Positions 1-12,503 of a stretch of DNA of 64,000 nt are shown piece by piece. The notes under the pieces are model-generated. The model made no database searches, was not told where the DNA came from, and saw only the letters and a program-made list of their open reading frames with translations. The position numbers and the translations under genes are program-made. This DNA is from Balanoglossus misakiensis (lineage: Eukaryota > Animalia > Hemichordata), in NCBI GenBank assembly GCA_040954595.2, contig CM082590.2, positions 9,115,764 through 9,179,763 of the forward strand. Direction: 5' to 3'. Numbering within the stretch: the stretch's first letter is position 1; every line of letters starts with the position of its first letter.

Positions 1-434
1 AATAAATATACATGTATGGACAAATAAAAGTCTCTGGAAAATTATTGTTACAAGTCCCTCAACCCCACTACAATTGTTAATATCACCCCCAGCGTCGTGG
101 TCATCTTCTTCATCGTTGTCAGGCGTAATAAATTATCTGTAAAGCCTTTGAAACACACAGTCAATCATTTGAAAACGTATGGCAATAGTCAATGACATGA
201 TGTGAAGAACAGCGACCTTTTCCCAAAATACAGCCGCGCTATCGCCCTTAGGATATGGTTTTTGATAGTATCGCATAAACTACAGACATCTTTCTGTTGG
301 ATTTACTATACTATGGAAGTTAGGGGTCGTAAATAAGCCCAATCTCATTGTAGCGAACCGAAAAGTAAGGTCATAGAACGTAATCTTATAGTCCATTTAG
401 TTATAACTTAGTTTTCAGCATAATTATGCAAATG

Positions 435-506
435 TGTTTGTGGCGTAATTGCTAGAGTGATTGTCTATGGTGCGAGAGGTCACGAGTTCGAATCCCACTA
501 GGGATT
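435..506 (+). pseudogene. Degenerate tRNA-like element, module 1 (Pol III A/B boxes)
   Basis: A-box-like TGGCGTAATTG at 441, B box GTTCGAATC at 486, T-run downstream. The anticodon arm does not pair. Homologous to the copy at 979-1051. Confidence 0.6.
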
Positions 507-978
507 CTATTTTTTTCTTCTTCTAGAGTAGATGTGGATTGTGTTCTTCTGTGTTATGATTTCCAAACAAAGTAACAAGTAAAAGCGGTGTCAATGTTCA
601 AACCATCTTAACCTGTTAAAGTCACTATTTTCCGATATAATTTATAATTGCAAAAATAAAGTTGCGTGATCTGGCTGTGTGGTCTGGTATTTGACGGACA
701 TCGTGCAAAGCGCCCTCTGGAGGGGTCCCCAACTAAGTGGACAGAATCCAGGGCTGTGTTGCGTTGCCCAAACACAGTCGCGATAGCGCCCTTTTAAATA
801 AGTGTTTTGATAGTATCGCACAAAGTACAGACATCTTTCTATCGAGTTTATTCTACCATGGAAGTTACGGGCCGTAAATAAGCCCGCTCTCATCGTAGCG
901 TCCCGAAAATAACTTAAGTAAACTACCAAGAGCATAGTCTATAGAATATATCTTAGTTTATATGCAAATTAAGCAGAT

Positions 979-1051
979 AACTATGTAGCGTACTGGCTAG
1001 AGTGATTGGCTACGGTGCGAGAGGTCCCGAGTTCGAATCCCGTAAGGATTC
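979..1051 (+). pseudogene. tRNA-Arg(ACG)-like pseudogene or tRNA-derived element, module 2
   Basis: A box TAGCGTACTGG at 986, loop CT-ACG-GT, B box GTTCGAATC at 1031, followed by a T-run. Anticodon and acceptor stems pair poorly. Confidence 0.6.
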
Positions 1052-1515
1052 ATGTTTTTTTTTTCTATAGTAGACTGATGTCGATGACCACTGCATCTCA
1101 CGTGACTAAGGCAGACGCTCATCATGGTCTCATTCCTCCCCCTTTTCCCCGTGACGTCATTGCACCTTGATTACGTATACAGTACATTTACATGCGACTG
1201 TCATGTGACTGACTAATTGTCGATATCGTCTCTAGAGAGCGCTGTGCATGACCTTTAGCCTTCTGTGACGTGTGACTTGACCCAAACACAGGCGCGCTAA
1301 AGCCCTTAGAAAAATGCGTGTTTTCGACAGTAAAGTATAAACTATGAACATCTTTCTATCGAATTAACGTTACCGCCAACAGTATTGACCGAAAACAAGC
1401 TCAGTCTTCTTTTTGCAAGTCAAAAAGTACTTGCTTTTACGAGATCGAGCCATCTTGTTTACATACAATTACGTTGTGGCATTCATAACGTAGATGTTTG
1501 GTCTACCATACAAAC

Positions 1516-1587
1516 ATTAGCGTGGCCTAGTGGTTGGTGCCATGAACTGCCATGCGGCGGACCCGGGTTCGAGCCCCGGCAAGGGTG
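1516..1587 (+). pseudogene. tRNA-Gly(GCC)-like pseudogene or tRNA-derived element, module 3
   Basis: A box TGGCCTAGTGG at 1523, loop CT-GCC-AT, intact T arm CCGGG-TTCGAGC-CCCGG, T-run at ~1589. The anticodon stem is unpaired. Confidence 0.6.
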
Positions 1588-1842
1588 GGTTTTTTTTCAA
1601 CCAAAGGCCAAACACAGCGCCCTCTGGTGTTGTAAACCATAGTTTCCTTTGGTTCTTTGATCCAGTTATTTTCCTTTTTTTCTCTCTTAAAACAGGAATA
1701 TGCTCTTTTTATTTACTCTACCATGCATTAGAAGCTGTAAAAACCATTTTTTCATCGAAAAATTGGCTCTAATTCGTATTCTTGACTTATTAGTAAGTGA
1801 GGTAACCAATATATAGAAGTTCCGAGCATACAGTTGCATGAA

Positions 1843-1914
1843 GCTCCGTGGCCTAGTGGTCAAGGTAAGTGGCTAGCAAGTGGAAGGACGCGAGATCAAG
1901 ACCCGCTGGAGGAC
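1843..1914 (+). pseudogene. Highly degenerate tRNA-like element, module 4
   Basis: A box TGGCCTAGTGG, loop CT-AGC-AA, degenerate B box GATCAAGACC. Confidence 0.35.
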
Positions 1915-1984
1915 ATGGTGCACATGGAGAAGACTGGACGTGGATGGAACATGGACACAGGTAAGATTTGCAGGTAAGTCAAAA

Positions 1985-2190
1985 CATAGGGGAGGGGTCA
2001 TGCATCAGGGGTCAATCAAAGGGGGGGGAGATCATACACCAGGGATAGATAGAGGGGGGAGGCCATGCAACGAGGGGAGACACAGGGAGGGGGGCATGCA
2101 ACAAGTAGGAAGGATGGGAGGGAGGGAGACAAGATGAGGAGGAGGAAGAAGGGGGGGAGACAAGATGAGGAGGAGAGAGAAGGGCGAGAG
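1985..2190 (+). repeat. Purine/G-rich low-complexity tract
   Basis: Repeated GGGGGG/GGAG/GAGGAG runs. Confidence 0.6.
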
Positions 2191-2270
2191 ACAAAAATTT
2201 TTCCCAAAATTTTTTTTTCCGCCGTTTTTTTGCTGATTTCAAATTTTTTCTGGTGATTTTTTTTTTTTTA

Positions 2271-2953
2271 TCGATGAAATTTGTCAGTTGCTCCCTTATT
2301 AGTGTGTGTGTACTGCATTTTACTGTACTTTTTACAGTGCAACCAGTAATTTTACAACTTTTTACATCATTCGCATTGCTTTTAGCTGTTAAAATGGTTG
2401 AAATGACCTTAAATTTGAAAGAAATGGGTATTTTAGTGATCAAAATGGCTATTTTGGTGAAAATAGTGGAAAAGGCATGTAAATTTGGAACTTTAATGGT
2501 TAAACTGACCTTTAATTTGTAAGAAATGGGTATTTTAGTGATCGAAATGGCTTTTTTGGTGAAAATAAGGAAAAATACATGTAATTTTGGAAAAAACGGC
2601 TATTTCGGTTGAAGAAATAGCTATTTCGGATAAAAAAATGAAAAAACCATTAAATTTGGTAAGAAATGCCTATTTTTGTGAAAGAGATGCCTATTTTGAT
2701 AAAAAAAGTGTTAACGGAATTTGATTTTTGGTAAAAATAATGGAAATACCTGTAATTTTGAAAGAATTGGAGTTTTTGGTAATGATGAAAATATCTGTAA
2801 TTTTGAAGGAATTGGCTGGTTTGCTTAAAACAATGAATTTTCCATTATTTTAACAGCTAAAGCAATGAAAATGTGAAAAATTGCAAAATTAAAGGTTGCA
2901 CTGTAAAAGTACAGTACACATGGTGTAAAGGGCAACTGATAAATTTCATCTAG
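2271..2953. repeat. Degenerate foldback: inverted arms ~2271-2398 and ~2845-2953 with an AT-rich repetitive spacer
   Basis: GATGAAATTTGTCAGTTGC...ACTGTACTTTTTACAGTGCAACC...TTTAGCTGTTAAAAT is mirrored by ATTTTAACAGCTAAA...GGTTGCACTGTAAAAGTACAGT...GCAACTGATAAATTTCATC. Confidence 0.6.
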
Positions 2954-3584
2954 AATAAAAATAAATTCAACTCAGACACTCACTCTCTTCATACCGTAAG
3001 CATTGCTCTTGTAATGTAAGAGATTTTAAAATTTACAATCTGGAAAAAAACACAAACTCTATGTTTACTGTACTCTTTTTCAGATTGTAAAAGTAAAATC
3101 ATCGTTTACACAACAAGCTAAGAAATGCACAATGTGACCAAGAAATTCCATTTTATAGAATTTAATCTCATTTACTGATAAAGGAAATAACGTACAGTCA
3201 CACATCATAATAAAATCAGTAAAAATCGAAAAATGAACAAATACTGCTCAAAATAACAGGTATTCTACACGTTAGCTTTCAACAGACCGGCTTAAACTCT
3301 AGAAAAGCCTCTTAAACTGAAAACTACGCGAAATAACAAAGCTAAAGTGTGTTTCAACTTCAGGGAAAACGTTGAATACATCTAACACTAAGTCTGTCTA
3401 CTGCACTGCGCATGCGCATCAACTAACACGCTAAAGTATAGGGCAACCAACACACGTGGGAAAGCGTCTATCACTAAGTGCGTCTCTGTACTGCGCATGC
3501 GCACCAACTATCACCTCCACTGAAATTGACAACACGGAAGTAAACACGCTAAGTATAGGGCATCCAACACTCGCGAAAAATGGA

Positions 3585-6170
3585 GATTACATTTCTGGAG
3601 AAGTGGCTAGAGCTTGTACTTTAGCAAAAATAAAGCGTATACACATAGGGCTATATGTAGTCTACAATAAATTTTTAGATTCTACTGGAAATTTCACTTC
3701 AATCAGCGATCGGCGCTGATGATCAGCGACGGTGGACGCGTGTAATCCTATGGAGACAGAGTCGACCGCCGCTATCAACACGTAAACAGTGGTAGAAATG
3801 GCGAAGTTCTCTGTCGATTTTCTCAGTTTTTGCTTACCAAACTTCTTTACATCAAAACAAATCGAATAGTGATAACTGCGTAAACATTTACGAGTTCTGT
3901 CTGTATTAAACAGCGAGTTTTCGTGAGTATTGCCACTGGTATAAAAGGGGGGCGTGTCACTATGGACATTGATAAACAATGGACAGCGTATACGCGTAAA
4001 CAACAATGGCGTCAATGACAGAGATTTCGGAAAACTTCAAAGGTCCTTCTCTCTTTTACTTTCACGATTGTAAACGTCTGTGTCATGCTGTTCTGTTTTC
4101 TGACAGTTTCTCTTTGCAACGGCAATATAAATCGTACCACACATTCACGGTAACATTGAAAATACTCACTGTTTATCTCCGCGAGTCGCGTTTATCATGG
4201 GGGTACCTCCATGCGTCTACGGGTGACCTCGTGTCAATTTCTATTTACAATCCATTATGATGGTAGAAAATTTGACCGGATACTTCTTGTTTGAATGTTT
4301 AAATAGTAAAAACACGGTTACTAGAAGGGCTAGCATGTTAGAAATCATGTCAGCAAACTTTGGTCTGGCTACACAGTTGCAAAAGTTATGAAAAACGACA
4401 AGAAAGTAAGTCTATACTGAAGGATCAACACAGTCGCTGCATAGTCAATGTACATATGCTTTCATATGTAAATGACAACATACAGCGCTTGGCCTCAGCT
4501 ATCGCTTGGCAACCCAGCACATACAGTTAGATTTTGAATTATTATCTACATTTCTGGAGAAGTTGCTAGAGCTTGTACTTTAAGTTTCATGACGTGTATA
4601 CATATCGGGCCATATTGTAGTTCAGGAAAAATCTTAGGGAAACTTTGGATTCTACAGGAAATTTCACTTCAATCGGCGATAGGCGCTGATGATCAGCGAC
4701 GGTGGACGCGTGTAATTCTATGGAGACAGAGTCAGTCGCCGATATCAACACGCAAACAGCGGCACATGAAATTCAGATTACAGAAATGGCAAAGTACTCC
4801 AGCCCTTAGTCTATACACTTTTATAACTGATTATTGCATGGGCCTAACTTTTACACAATAAATAGAGCCAGGAACCAGAAATATTTTGAATGAAAGTGAT
4901 TTTAAATACGCGGATTTTCAACAACAGTATCATGGACGTCTATGATAGGAACACGGCCGCTGACGAGAGGTCGAAAGAACGCGTCACCGATTGCTCAAAT
5001 CTTCGTCGATTTCGCCAGCTTTTGCTTTTAAGTCCCCTTTAAATCAAGACAAAGCGATTAGTGATAATTTCGAACACATTTTCAACTTCGGTCTGACTTA
5101 AAAAGCGAGTTTTCGTGAGCATTGCCAATGGTAAGTAAAGGGGGCGTGTCACTGTGGACATTGATAAACAATGGACACCGCGTACATGTATATTGAAATA
5201 CGCTAAGTCGGGAAACCAACATCACACACAGAAAACCGGCGATTACATTTCTGGAGAAGTTGCTAGAGCTTGTACTTTAAGTTTCATGAAGTGTATACAT
5301 ATCGGGCCATATTGTAGATCAGGAAAAATCTTAGGGAAACATTGGTTTCTACAGGAAATTTCACTTCAATCGGCGATAGGCGCTGATGATCAGCGACGGT
5401 GGACGCGTGTAATCCTATGGAGACAGAGTCGGCCGCCGCTATCAACACGCAAACAGTGGCACATTAAATTTCGATTACAGAAAAGACAAAGTACTCTAGC
5501 CCTTTAGTCTATACACTTTTCTAAAAGATTATTGCATGGACGTTACTTTGACACAAAAGATAGAGTCAGGAACCAGAAATATTTCGAATGAAAGTGACTT
5601 TAAACACATGGATTTTCAACATGAGTATCAATGGACGCCAATGAAATAAACACGGTCACTCACAAGTATGAAAGAACGCGTCGCTGTTTGCTCAAATCTC
5701 TCTCGATTTCCCATTTTTTTTATTAAAAGTCTTCTTTAAATCAAAACGAACTGAATGGTGATAATTTCACACACATTTTCAACTTCGGTCTGACTTAAAT
5801 AGCGAGTTTTCGTGAGTATTGCCACTGGTAAATAAAGGGGGTGTGTCACTGTGGACATTGATAAACAATGGACAGCGTAGACATCAATGCATTTTGGATG
5901 ATAGAACATTTGACCGGATACTTCTTGTTTGAATGTTTAAATAGTAAAAACACGGTTACTAGAAGGTCTAGCATGTTAGAAATCATGTCAGCAAACTTTC
6001 GTCTGGCTACACAGTTGCAAAAGTTATGAAAAACGACAAGAAAGTAAGTCTATACTGAAGGATCAACACAGGCGCTGCATAGTCAGTGTACATATGCTTT
6101 CATATGTAAATGACAACATACAGAACTTGGCCTCAGCTATTGCTAACATACAGTTAGATTTTGAAATAAT
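3585..6170. repeat. Local segmental repeats: three related blocks (~3585-3990, ~4548-5180, ~5240-5880) plus a duplicated block 4264-4545 / 5900-6170
   Basis: TACATTTCTGGAGAAGT..CTAGAGCTTGTACTTTA, GGCGCTGATGATCAGCGACGGTGGACGCGTGTAAT and GGACATTGATAAACAATGGACA each occur three times. TTTGACCGGATACTTCTTG...GGCCTCAGCTAT occurs twice. Confidence 0.8.
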
Positions 6171-6580
6171 ATTTACATCTATTGGCCCAGCACTTAAACA
6201 AATCGAACAGAAACATTGTTCTTAGTCTGGAGTTAGGTTTTTACGTCATCCTGTATAAATATTTTTTTAATTTATGAAGCTGGAAATTGTTTCACCATAA
6301 ACAATTTTCTGAACAAATTTGGTTGACGTAAAAGTTTTCAATGGCTCATTACTCCAAAACACTATTAAATTTTTTTCTTAAATGTTAGCGATAGATCTAT
6401 ATTTGCGTATATCATGAGATTTGGTATGATTCACCTTATTTTTTCCCAAAATGTCCTAAAAATTTAAACCTCCAGAGAGCATTTGCCCACTTTATTAACA
6501 ACCTCAGCAGAACATTGGGGTCCTAGCCTTATAAGTTTTTGACATTTCAGCCCTGTTTATCTGGCTGTATTTTCTTTTAC

Positions 6581-8820
6581 GACAATTTTCATGAGCTATA
6601 ACCCATGAAATATGTCCCCAAATCACAATTTCACCAAAGTTTGCAAAGTTGGGAATTTTTCCTGTCCTGACAATTTTCATGAGGTATAACCCATGAAATA
6701 TGTCCCCAGATCACAATTTCACCAAAGTTTGCAAAGTTGGGAATTTTTCCTGTTCTGACAATTTTTATGAGCTGTAACCCATGAAATATGTCCCCAGATC
6801 ACATTTTCACCAAAGTTTGCAAAGTTGGGAATTTTTCCTGTTCTCACAATTTTCATGAGCTGTAACCCATGAAATATGTCCCCAGATCACAATTTCACCA
6901 AAGTTTGCAAAGTTGGGAATTTTTCCTGTTCTGACAATTTTTATGAGCTATAGCCCATGAAATATGTCCCCAGATCACATTTTCACCAAAGTTTGCAAAG
7001 TTGGGAATTTTTCCTTTTCTGACAATTTTCATGAGCTGTAACCCATGAAATATGTCCCCAGATCACATTTTCACCAAAGTTTGCAAAGTTGGGAATTTTT
7101 CCTGTTCTGACAATTTTTATGAGCTGTAACCCATGAAATATGTCCCCAGATCACATTTTCACCAAAGTTTGCAAAGTTGGGAATTTTTCCTGTTCTCACA
7201 ATTTTCATGAGCTGTAACCCATGAAATATGTCCCCAGATCACAATTTCACCAAAGTTTGCAAAGTTGGGAATTTTTCCTGTTCTGACAATTTTTATGAGC
7301 TGTAACCCATGAAATATGTCCCCAGATCACAATTTCACCAACGTTTGCAACGTTGGGAATTTTTCCTGTCCTGGCAATTTTCATGAGCTATAACCCATGA
7401 AATATGTCCCCAAATGACAATTTCACCAAAGTTTGCAAAGTTGGGAGTTTTTCCTGTCCTGACAATTTTCATGAGCTATAACCCATGAAATATGTCCCCA
7501 AATGACAATTTCACCAAAGTTTGCAAAGTTGGGAGTTTTTCCTGTCCTGACAATTTTTATGAGCTATAACCCATGAAAAGTGTCCCCAGATCACAATTCT
7601 ACCAAAGTTTGCAAAGTGGGGAGTTTTTCCTGTCCTGACAATTTTCATGAGCTATAACCCATGAAATATGTCCCCAAATCACAATTTCACCAAAGTTGGC
7701 AAAGTCGGGAATTTTTCCTGCTCTGACAATTTTCATGAGCTATAACCCATGAAATATGTCCCCAAATCACAATTTCACCAAATTTGGCAAAGTCGGGAAT
7801 TTTTCCTGCTCTGACAATTTTCATGAGCTATAACCCATGAAATATGTCCCCAAATCACAATTTCACCAAAGTTGGCAAAGTCGGGAAATTTTCCTGTCCT
7901 GAAAATTTTCATGAGCTGTAACCCATGAAATATGTCCTCAGATCACAATTTCACCAACGTTTGCAAAGTCGGGAGTTTTTCCCGTCCTGACAATTTTCAT
8001 GAGCTGTAACCCATGAAATATGTCCTCAGATCACAATTTCACCAAAGTTTGCAAAGTTGGGAGTTTTTCCCGTCCTGACAATTTTCATGAGCTGTAACCC
8101 ATGAAATATGTCCCCAGATCACAATTTCACCAAAGTTTGCAAAGTTGGGAGTTTTTCCTGTCCTGACAATTTTCATGAGCTATAACCCATGAAATATGTC
8201 CCCAAATCACAATTTCACCAAAGTTTGCAAAGTTAGGAGTTTTTCCTGTCCTGACAATTTTCATGAGCTATAACCCATGAAATATGTCCCCAGATCACAA
8301 TTTCACCAAAGTTTGCAAAGTTGAGAGTTTGTCCTGTCCTGACAATTTTCATGAGCTATAACCCATGAAATATGTCCCCAAATCACAATTTCACCAAAGT
8401 TTGCAAAGTTGAGAGTTTGTCCTGTCCTGACAATTTTCATGAGCTATAACCTATGAAATATGTCCCCAAATCACAATTTCACCAAAGTTTGCAAAGTTGG
8501 GAGTTTTTCCTGTCCTGACAATTTTCATGAGCTATAACCCATGAAAAGTGTCCCCAGATCACAATTTCACCAAAGTTTGCAAAGTTGGGAGTTTTTCCTG
8601 TCCTGACAATTTTCATGAGCTATAACCCATGAAAAGTGTCCCCGGATCACAATTTTACCAAAGTTTGCAAAGTTGGGAGTTTTTCCTGTCCAGACAATTT
8701 TCATGAGCTATAGCCCATGAAATATGTCCCCAAATCACAATTTCACCAAAGTTGGCAAAGTCGGGAATTTTTCCTGTCCTGACAATTTTCATGAGCTATA
8801 AACCCATGAAATATGTCCCC
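6581..8820. repeat. 88-bp tandem satellite, about 25 copies
   Basis: Unit GACAATTTTCATGAGCTATAACCCATGAAATATGTCCCCAAATCACAATTTCACCAAAGTTTGCAAAGTTGGGAATTTTTCCTGTCCT recurs in exact 88-bp register (6581, 6669, 7021, 8341, 8781). Confidence 0.97.
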
Positions 8821-10255
8821 ATCTGTGCTTTTTAGGGGCCAAAAAAGTGTGTCCAAAAAGCACGCACCATTCTGGCTCCAATTTCGATGGTACTTTTTAG
8901 GGGCCAAAACGGTGCTTTTTGGGCACATTTTTTGGGCCCTCAAAAAGCACGCTGAAAAAATAAAGATATTACGCTAGAATGGTGCGTGCTTTTTGGGCAC
9001 ACTTTTTTGGCCCCTAAAAAGCAAAGTGGAAATCGTCATGCTTTTTGGGCCCAGTTTTTTGGCCCCCAAAAAGCACCGTGGAAAGACTCAAGTTGTTGCG
9101 TGCTTCCACAGTGCTCATGAAAATAATCAAAAAATGACAATTTTTCGACTTTGCAAATTCTGAAAATTTCGTGGATTTTTGAAAAAAATCATGGTTTATA
9201 GCTCATGAAAATCATCAAAAATTAATAATTTTTCGACTTTTCAAAAATTCTTTACTTTTGATAAAAGCACCGTGGAAATTTGACTCAAGGTGGTGCGTGC
9301 TTTTTGGGCACAGTTTTTTGGCCCCCAAAAAGCACGCACCCATTTGAGTCTTTCCACGGTGCTTTTGGGGGGCCAAAAAACTGGGCTCAAAAAGCACGCA
9401 CATCCTTGAGTCAAATTTCCACGGTGCTCATGAAAATCATCAAAAAATGACAATTTCCACTGTGCTTTTTAGGGGCCAAAAAAGTGTGCCCAAAAAGCAC
9501 GCACCATTCTGGCTACAATTTCGATGGTACTTTTTAGGGGCCAAAATACGGTGCTTTTTGGGCACATTTTTTGGGCCCTCAAAAAGCACGCTGAAAAAAT
9601 AAAGATATTACGCTAGAATGGTGCGTGCTTTTTGGGCACACTTTTTTGGCCCCTAAAAAGCACAGTGGAAATTGTCATGCTTTTTGGGCCCAGTTTTTTG
9701 GTCCCCAAAAAGCACCGTGGAAAGACTCAAGTTGTTGCGTGCTTCCACAGTGCTCATGAAAATAATCAAAAAATGACAATTTTTCGACTTTGCAAATTCT
9801 GAAAATTTCGTGGATTTTTGAAAAAAATCATGGTTTATAGCTCATGAAAATCATCAAAAATTAATAATTTTTCGACTTTTCAAAAATTCTTTACTTTTGA
9901 TAAAAGCACCGTGGAAATTTGACTCAAGGTGGTGCGTGCTTTTTGGGCACAGTTTTTTGGCCCCCAAAAAGCACGCACCCATTTGAGTCTTTCCACGGTG
10001 CTTTTGGGGGGCCAAAAAACTGGGCTCAAAAAGCACGCACATCCTTGAGTCAAATTTCCACGGTGCTCATGAAAATCATCAAAAAATGACAATTTCCACT
10101 GTGCTTTTTAGGGGCCAAAAAAGTGTGCCCAAAAAGCACGCACCATTCTGGCTACAATTTCGATGGTACTTTTTAGGGGCCAAAATACGGTGCTTTTTGG
10201 GCACACTTTTTCGGCCCTCAAAAAGCACGCTGAAAAAATAAAGATATTTCGCTGT
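8821..10255. repeat. 639-bp tandem repeat, ~2.2 copies, built from self-inverted GTGCTTTTT/AAAAAGCAC and GGCCCC/GGGGCC motifs
   Basis: Identical ORF-track translations lie 639 bp apart (9215/9854, 9241/9880); many internal inverted motifs. Confidence 0.9.
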
Positions 10256-10266
10256 TTTAACTTAAT

Positions 10267-10400
10267 ACAATTTCACCAAAGTTTGCAAAGTCGGGAATTT
10301 TTCCTGCTCTGACAATTTTCATGAGCTATAACCCATGAAATATGTCCACAAATCACAATTTCACCAAAGTTCGCAAAGTCAGGAATTTTCCTTTTCACCA
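10267..10400. repeat. Resumption of the 88-bp satellite (~1.5 copies)
   Basis: Same unit as 6581-8820. Confidence 0.9.
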
Positions 10401-12001
10401 AAAGGTCCATTTGTATATATAATATACATAAGAAATGGGATTTCCACATTTGCACGCACCAAAACTTGTATGAGAATGAAACGAACAATATCAATGAAAC
10501 CTACATTGACAATCAGGCGATTAACATAGGTAATTTTAGAACCAAAAACTATCGCGCACTGACATTATCTGGCTATCGACGATTTAGGAATCAGCTGTTC
10601 AGACAGCGGATTGGAGTACATGACGGATTTCTGATGCGTTCACTCAAACAACATGAGTGTGTTGTTGTAGGAGTGAAGTGGGCGTAACCACAAGAAGCCC
10701 TAGATTGTAAACAGTTGTAATCAGTGTAGGGCTTCGAGTGGTTGACTTGAGGGCCTAACCGGACAGACCCCTTCGAACCCTGAAGGCTGGACAGCTACGT
10801 TAAACCTTATCTCTGATCGACAGGGCCGGGCTGTGTGATTTTATACCGACTACTATACAAGTATGCTGTTGTTGGATGCCCTATAGCGCTAGCGCAGCTT
10901 CGCAATGTCAACATAACAACATCATATCAAATGATGCAAAAATAGAATCTCACCGCAGTTTTCCTGTGAATTCAGTCTGCTACCACAAAGCGTGAAGATT
11001 TGGCAACCAATATAGAAACCGCGGACGATTGTTGAGTGGACTTAGTGAAAGTTTGAGGCAATTTCGGGCTATACGCGAACTTCTAGGACGTCTCCGTACT
11101 CAAGTACATGTAAACAATCGATACACGTGTGTTTAAGGTCAAAGGTCAATAGTGCGCCCCTAGTGGTGATACGCGCTGATGCTTCCTTTTTCTCAAGTGA
11201 CTAGCCAGCGCATGCGCCAGACTTTCATTCGCCTGGATTATTTTCACCTAGCTAAAGAGTCTGAAAAATACTCAAGACTATGGTCAGACTCCTTAGCTTT
11301 GGGTAATGAATTAAGACTAGTTAAATCGTACTATTTTCATGACCCTCACCACTTTTTACATTTTATAGAAGTGTATTTATCGACTTTGGTACATGTACAT
11401 GAAATTAAAATAATAATACATGTAATAACTTTATTTCAGGACATATGCAAGACACAAAAGTGTGCGCAAAAACCCATACATGTATACAAAACAGTAATAA
11501 AAAGTTGTAGAAACGAATATTTTAAAATACATAGTACTTCTAAACCTTTTAAATACGTTTGGAATAAAACTGAGTATACGAGGTTTTTAATGTTAAAATG
11601 AGTACATTTCACTCTTATTTAGGCGCTCATGGAAATTGAACGTTGCTTTGCGTCTAAGAGCCTCAAAGGTAGAATTGAATTCGAGAGAAACATAGTAAAG
11701 GCACTACAATCGCGAGCGTTTCTAATCAATATACGGAAAGCAATATGCCACTCTAGGGTTATTTAAAAAGATTTGTTTGTATAGGAAGACTAAAGTTGAG
11801 ATCAATGCATATTAGTGCAGAAACTTATGAATGATGGGAAAAGCAAGACGTTATGTTAAAAAAATTAAACTCGCAAATCTGGCAAATTATGTTGGCGAGG
11901 AGCAGGTTGAGTTTCAATATAGTCGTTTCAATCTTTGGTTTATCGACAAGTTCAGTATTGTCATCGCAAAGCCTTGGCAACGGTTGTCAAGATATAACGA
12001 G

Positions 12002-12503
12002 CGCCCTCTTGCAACAGTTATCAACGTAAAAGCTTCCCTTTTGTTCAAGTCAACCCTCTCCTGTTGTCAAATTGTCACGATCGCCCTCTTGCAACAGTTA
12101 TCAACGTAAAAGCTTCCCTTTTGTTCAAGTCAACCCTCTCCTGTTGTCAAATTATCACGATCGCCCTCTTGCAACAGTTATCAACTTAAAAACATCCCTT
12201 TTGTTCAAGTCAACCCTCTCCTGTTGTCAAATTATCACGATCGCCCTCTTGCAACAGTTATCAACGTAAAAGCTTCCCTTTTGTTCAAGTCAACCCTCTC
12301 CTGTTGTCAAATTGTCACGATCGCCCTCTTGCAACAGTTATCAACTTAAAAACATCCCTTTTGTTCAAGTCAACCCTCTCCTGTTGTCAAATTGTCACGA
12401 TCGCCCTCTTGCAACAGTTATCAACGTAAAAGCCTCCCTTTTGTTCAAGTCAACCCTCTCCTGTTGTCAAATTATCACGATCGCCCTCTTGCAACAGTTA
12501 TCA
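12002..12503. repeat. 80-bp minisatellite, ~6 copies
   Basis: Unit CGCCCTCTTGCAACAGTTATCAACGTAAAAGCTTCCCTTTTGTTCAAGTCAACCCTCTCCTGTTGTCAAATTGTCACGAT at 12002, 12082, 12162 and onward. Confidence 0.95.

Noticed and set aside
435-1914. Functional tRNA genes
   Set aside because: Anticodon and acceptor stems do not pair, so they are reported as tRNA-like pseudogenes.
6581-12503. Regular repeats as a possible CRISPR array
   Set aside because: The units are contiguous with no unique spacers, there are no cas genes, and the context is eukaryotic.
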